Source: Phycisphaerae bacterium (GTDB lineage Bacteria; Planctomycetota; Phycisphaerae; UBA1845; PWPN01). From it: a DNA stretch of 64,000 nt. The notes beneath the pieces are model-generated. The model did no database searches. It was not told the origin of the DNA and saw nothing but the letters and a program-made list of their open reading frames with translations. Location of the stretch: NCBI GenBank assembly GCA_012729395.1, contig JAAYDF010000097.1:4487-68486 (forward strand), written 5' to 3'. This document shows positions 62,068-64,000 of the stretch, piece after piece; position 1 is the first letter of the stretch; each line of letters begins with the position of its first letter. The translations under genes were made by a program, and so were the position numbers.

Positions 62068-62703
62068 TTACGCTTGCTCCGGCTCGCTGGCCCGCGGCGG
62101 AGGCTCCGGAGCCCGTTCCAGCATCACATCCACGAGCCCGTACTCTACGGCTTCCTGTGCCTCCAGCCACTTATTGCGGTCGCAGTCCCGCTCGATCTGC
62201 TCAACCGGGCGACCCGTATGCCGGGCAATGATCTCGTACAGCCGTTTACGCAGCCGAATGATCTCCTGAGCCTCGATCGACAGGTCAGTCGCCGGTCCCT
62301 CCAGCACTCCGCCGATCAGCGGTTGGTGAAGAAGCAGACGCGAGTTCGGCAGGGCGAAACGCTTGCCCTTCTCCCCGCCGCACATCAGCACCGCACCCAT
62401 GCTGGCGGCCATCCCGACGCAGTAGGTGTGCACCTCACAGCGCAGAAACTGCATCGTGTCGTAGATCGCCAGACCCGCCGATACCGAGCCTCCCGGCGAG
62501 TTGATGTACAGGTTGATCGGCGACTTGCTGTCCTCGTTGGAGAGGAAGAGCATCTGGGCGATGATCGTGTTGGCGACGTCGTCGTCGATCCCCCCTCCCA
62601 GGAACACGATCCTGTCCTTGAGCAGTCGCGAGTAAATGTCATAAGCCCGCTCCCCGCGGCCGGTCTTCTCGATCACGATCGGGATCAGGTGTTGTGCGTT
62701 CAT
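62068..62703 (-). CDS. clpP: ATP-dependent Clp protease proteolytic subunit, paralog with Ser-His-Asn in place of Ser-His-Asp
   Basis: Start ATG 62703 gives [35 protein letters not shown]. Motifs: [15 protein letters not shown] (Ser101), LLLHQP (His126). [23 protein letters not shown] aligns residue for residue with E. coli [23 protein letters not shown]. That places Asn177 (AAT, 62175-62173) at the catalytic Asp position. Confidence 0.92.
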   Translation of the reverse strand: MNAQHLIPIVIEKTGRGERAYDIYSRLLKDRIVFLGGGIDDDVANTIIAQMLFLSNEDSKSPINLYINSPGGSVSAGLAIYDTMQFLRCEVHTYCVGMAASMGAVLMCGGEKGKRFALPNSRLLLHQPLIGGVLEGPATDLSIEAQEIIRLRKRLYEIIARHTGRPVEQIERDCDRNKWLEAQEAVEYGLVDVMLERAPEPPPRASEPEQA

Positions 62704-62799
62704 CGAAGGTTCCTGTCTGCACCGGGCGATCATCCGCGCCGGGCCTAGGGTGTCTGGAACGAGTCGGCCACCGTCGGCCGCGCCCTTTCGCATGCTTGG

Positions 62800-63429
62800 T
62801 CAGGGCTTCTTCTTCTTCTTCTTGTCTTTGTCTGGCTCGGCCAGGATCTCGTCGACCAGCCCGTAGGCCAGTGCTTCTTGGGCATCCATGTAGCGGTCGC
62901 GCTCGATTTCCCGCTCGATCTTGTCCGCAGGCTGGCCGGTGTGCCTGGCCAGCAGATCGTTGAGCAGCCGCTTGTCCTTGAGGATCTCCTCCGCCTGGAT
63001 GCGGATGTCCTCCGCCTGTCCCGTGATCCCGCTGTACGGCTGGTGCAGCATGACCTTGGCGTGCGGCAGGGCGTAACGCTGCCCCTTGGTGCCGGCCGCC
63101 AACACAATGGCCGCGCCGCTCGATGCCTGACCGATGCAATACGTCGCCACGTCGCAGCCCAGAAACTGCATCGTGTCGTAGATCGCCAATGTCTGATCCA
63201 CCAAGCCGCCCGGGGAGTTGATGTACAGGTTGATCGGCTGGTCCCGCTTGATCGACTGCAGATAAAGCATCCGCATGATCACGATGCTCGCCGTCCGGTC
63301 CGTGATCGGGCCGGCCAGGAAGATGATCCTGTTCTCCAGCAGCAGATCCTCGATGGACATCTCCCGTGTCCGCTGATAGGGGACCGCCTGCTGGTTGTAG
63401 GTATGAAGAATCTCGCGCGGATCGTGCAT
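62800..63429 (-). CDS. clpP: ATP-dependent Clp protease proteolytic subunit, paralog with a canonical Ser-His-Asp triad, a long N-terminus and a poly-Lys tail
   Basis: 209-aa ORF. Motifs: YINSPGG, GQASSGAA (Ser), VMLHQP (His), IEREIERDRYMDAQEALAYGLVD (Asp retained). C-terminus: PDKDKKKKKKP. Confidence 0.92.
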   Translation of the reverse strand: MHDPREILHTYNQQAVPYQRTREMSIEDLLLENRIIFLAGPITDRTASIVIMRMLYLQSIKRDQPINLYINSPGGLVDQTLAIYDTMQFLGCDVATYCIGQASSGAAIVLAAGTKGQRYALPHAKVMLHQPYSGITGQAEDIRIQAEEILKDKRLLNDLLARHTGQPADKIEREIERDRYMDAQEALAYGLVDEILAEPDKDKKKKKKP

Positions 63430-63443
63430 GGTTTTCTCCCGGC

Positions 63444-64000
63444 TCAGGTTTCGTCGGCCAAGGTGTCGCCTGCCGCGGTTGCGGACGGTTCGTCGGCCGC
63501 TTTGCCGGTGTCCGCGCCGCCGCGGCTGTCAGTGATCTCCGCCTTCTCAATCAACAGGTCCACCAGCTTGCTGTCGCGGATGGCCAGGTAGAGGTTGTCC
63601 AGAGCGCCTTCCTTGGCCAACCGGTCGCGTACGCGGTCGAACCGTTGACCCTGACGCTGGGCGATCCAGGCAATCTGCGAGTTGACCTCGCCCTCGGTGA
63701 CCTCCACGTCGAACTCGTCGCTCAGCTTCTCCATGATGAACCCGAGCTTGAGCTCCCGAACCACTTCATTCTGGGCGGCGGTCTTGAGGGCGTCGATGTG
63801 CTTCGTGACCTCATCCGATGCGATACCCTGCTGGTACAGCTCCACCATGCGGCGATACATCACCCGGGCCACCTGCCGCTCGGACATACGCTCGGGAAGG
63901 TCGATGGACACCTTGTCCAACAGGTACTTGCGGACCTGCTCAGCCAGCCCCTGGCGGACCTGGTCGCCAACGCGGCTCTCGATGTCCTTTCGGATCCAGT
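63444..64000 (-). CDS. tig: Trigger factor, C-terminal part (gene continues beyond the right window edge)
   Basis: The frame stays open from 63444 to the window end. The track start at 63920 is an internal TTG (Leu). Typical TF C-domain: SIDLPERMSERQV..., LKLGFIMEKLSDEFDVEVTEGEVNSQI, LAIRDSKLVDLLIEKAEI. It sits upstream of clpP, the canonical order. Confidence 0.85.
   Translation of the reverse strand, partial: WIRKDIESRVGDQVRQGLAEQVRKYLLDKVSIDLPERMSERQVARVMYRRMVELYQQGIASDEVTKHIDALKTAAQNEVVRELKLGFIMEKLSDEFDVEVTEGEVNSQIAWIAQRQGQRFDRVRDRLAKEGALDNLYLAIRDSKLVDLLIEKAEITDSRGGADTGKAADEPSATAAGDTLADET

Overview
High-GC bacterial chromosomal window with about 50 protein genes, one tRNA and several intergenic repeat elements. 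Gene content suggests a Planctomycetota or Phycisphaerae-like organism (DUF1573 proteins, giant dockerin-tailed secreted proteins, a stand-alone PilZ, tig followed by two clpP copies). I cannot verify that taxonomy. Layout: (i) 1-14100, all minus strand, is a secreted glycan and cell-wall-active cluster. It holds two paralogous GH20/GH84-like genes, a GHL10-Ig-golvesin-dockerin giant, an Amidase_2-Ig-golvesin-dockerin giant and a 706-aa unknown. (ii) 14.5-21.2 kb: thioredoxin-like protein, Serratia-type nuclease, carB, and an orphan GuaA-type PP-loop ATPase. (iii) 21.4-32.9 kb: a tightly packed 10-gene minus-strand locus joining two SSS symporters, a 56-aa TM peptide, an alginate-export-type barrel, a hotdog thioesterase, IorAB and PaaK-ACT-PaaK. 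This is my best candidate for an undescribed uptake and conversion system for arylacetates or arylpyruvates. (iv) 33.6-64 kb: housekeeping and miscellaneous genes. These include an esterase, tRNA-Ala(CGC), a UbiA-family prenyltransferase, a solitary flagellin, guaA, cbiX, fabI, PilZ, an RhaI-like isomerase, a giant MscK-like channel, MazG, an L,D-transpeptidase, MTHFS, rarA, a 2-Cys peroxiredoxin, a DUF1573-thioredoxin fusion, DUF89, two clpP copies and partial tig. Non-coding signals: a ~100-nt nested-hairpin repeat family at gene 3' ends (3 copies plus a 4 x 23-nt G-run array just upstream of guaA); two short AAGG/CCTT-period tandem arrays; and an 18-bp perfect palindrome that encodes the shared C-terminus and stop codon of two convergent genes. 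Many long ORFs on the supplied track are antisense shadows typical of high-GC DNA and were rejected. All family assignments come from motif reading by eye. No database search was run.
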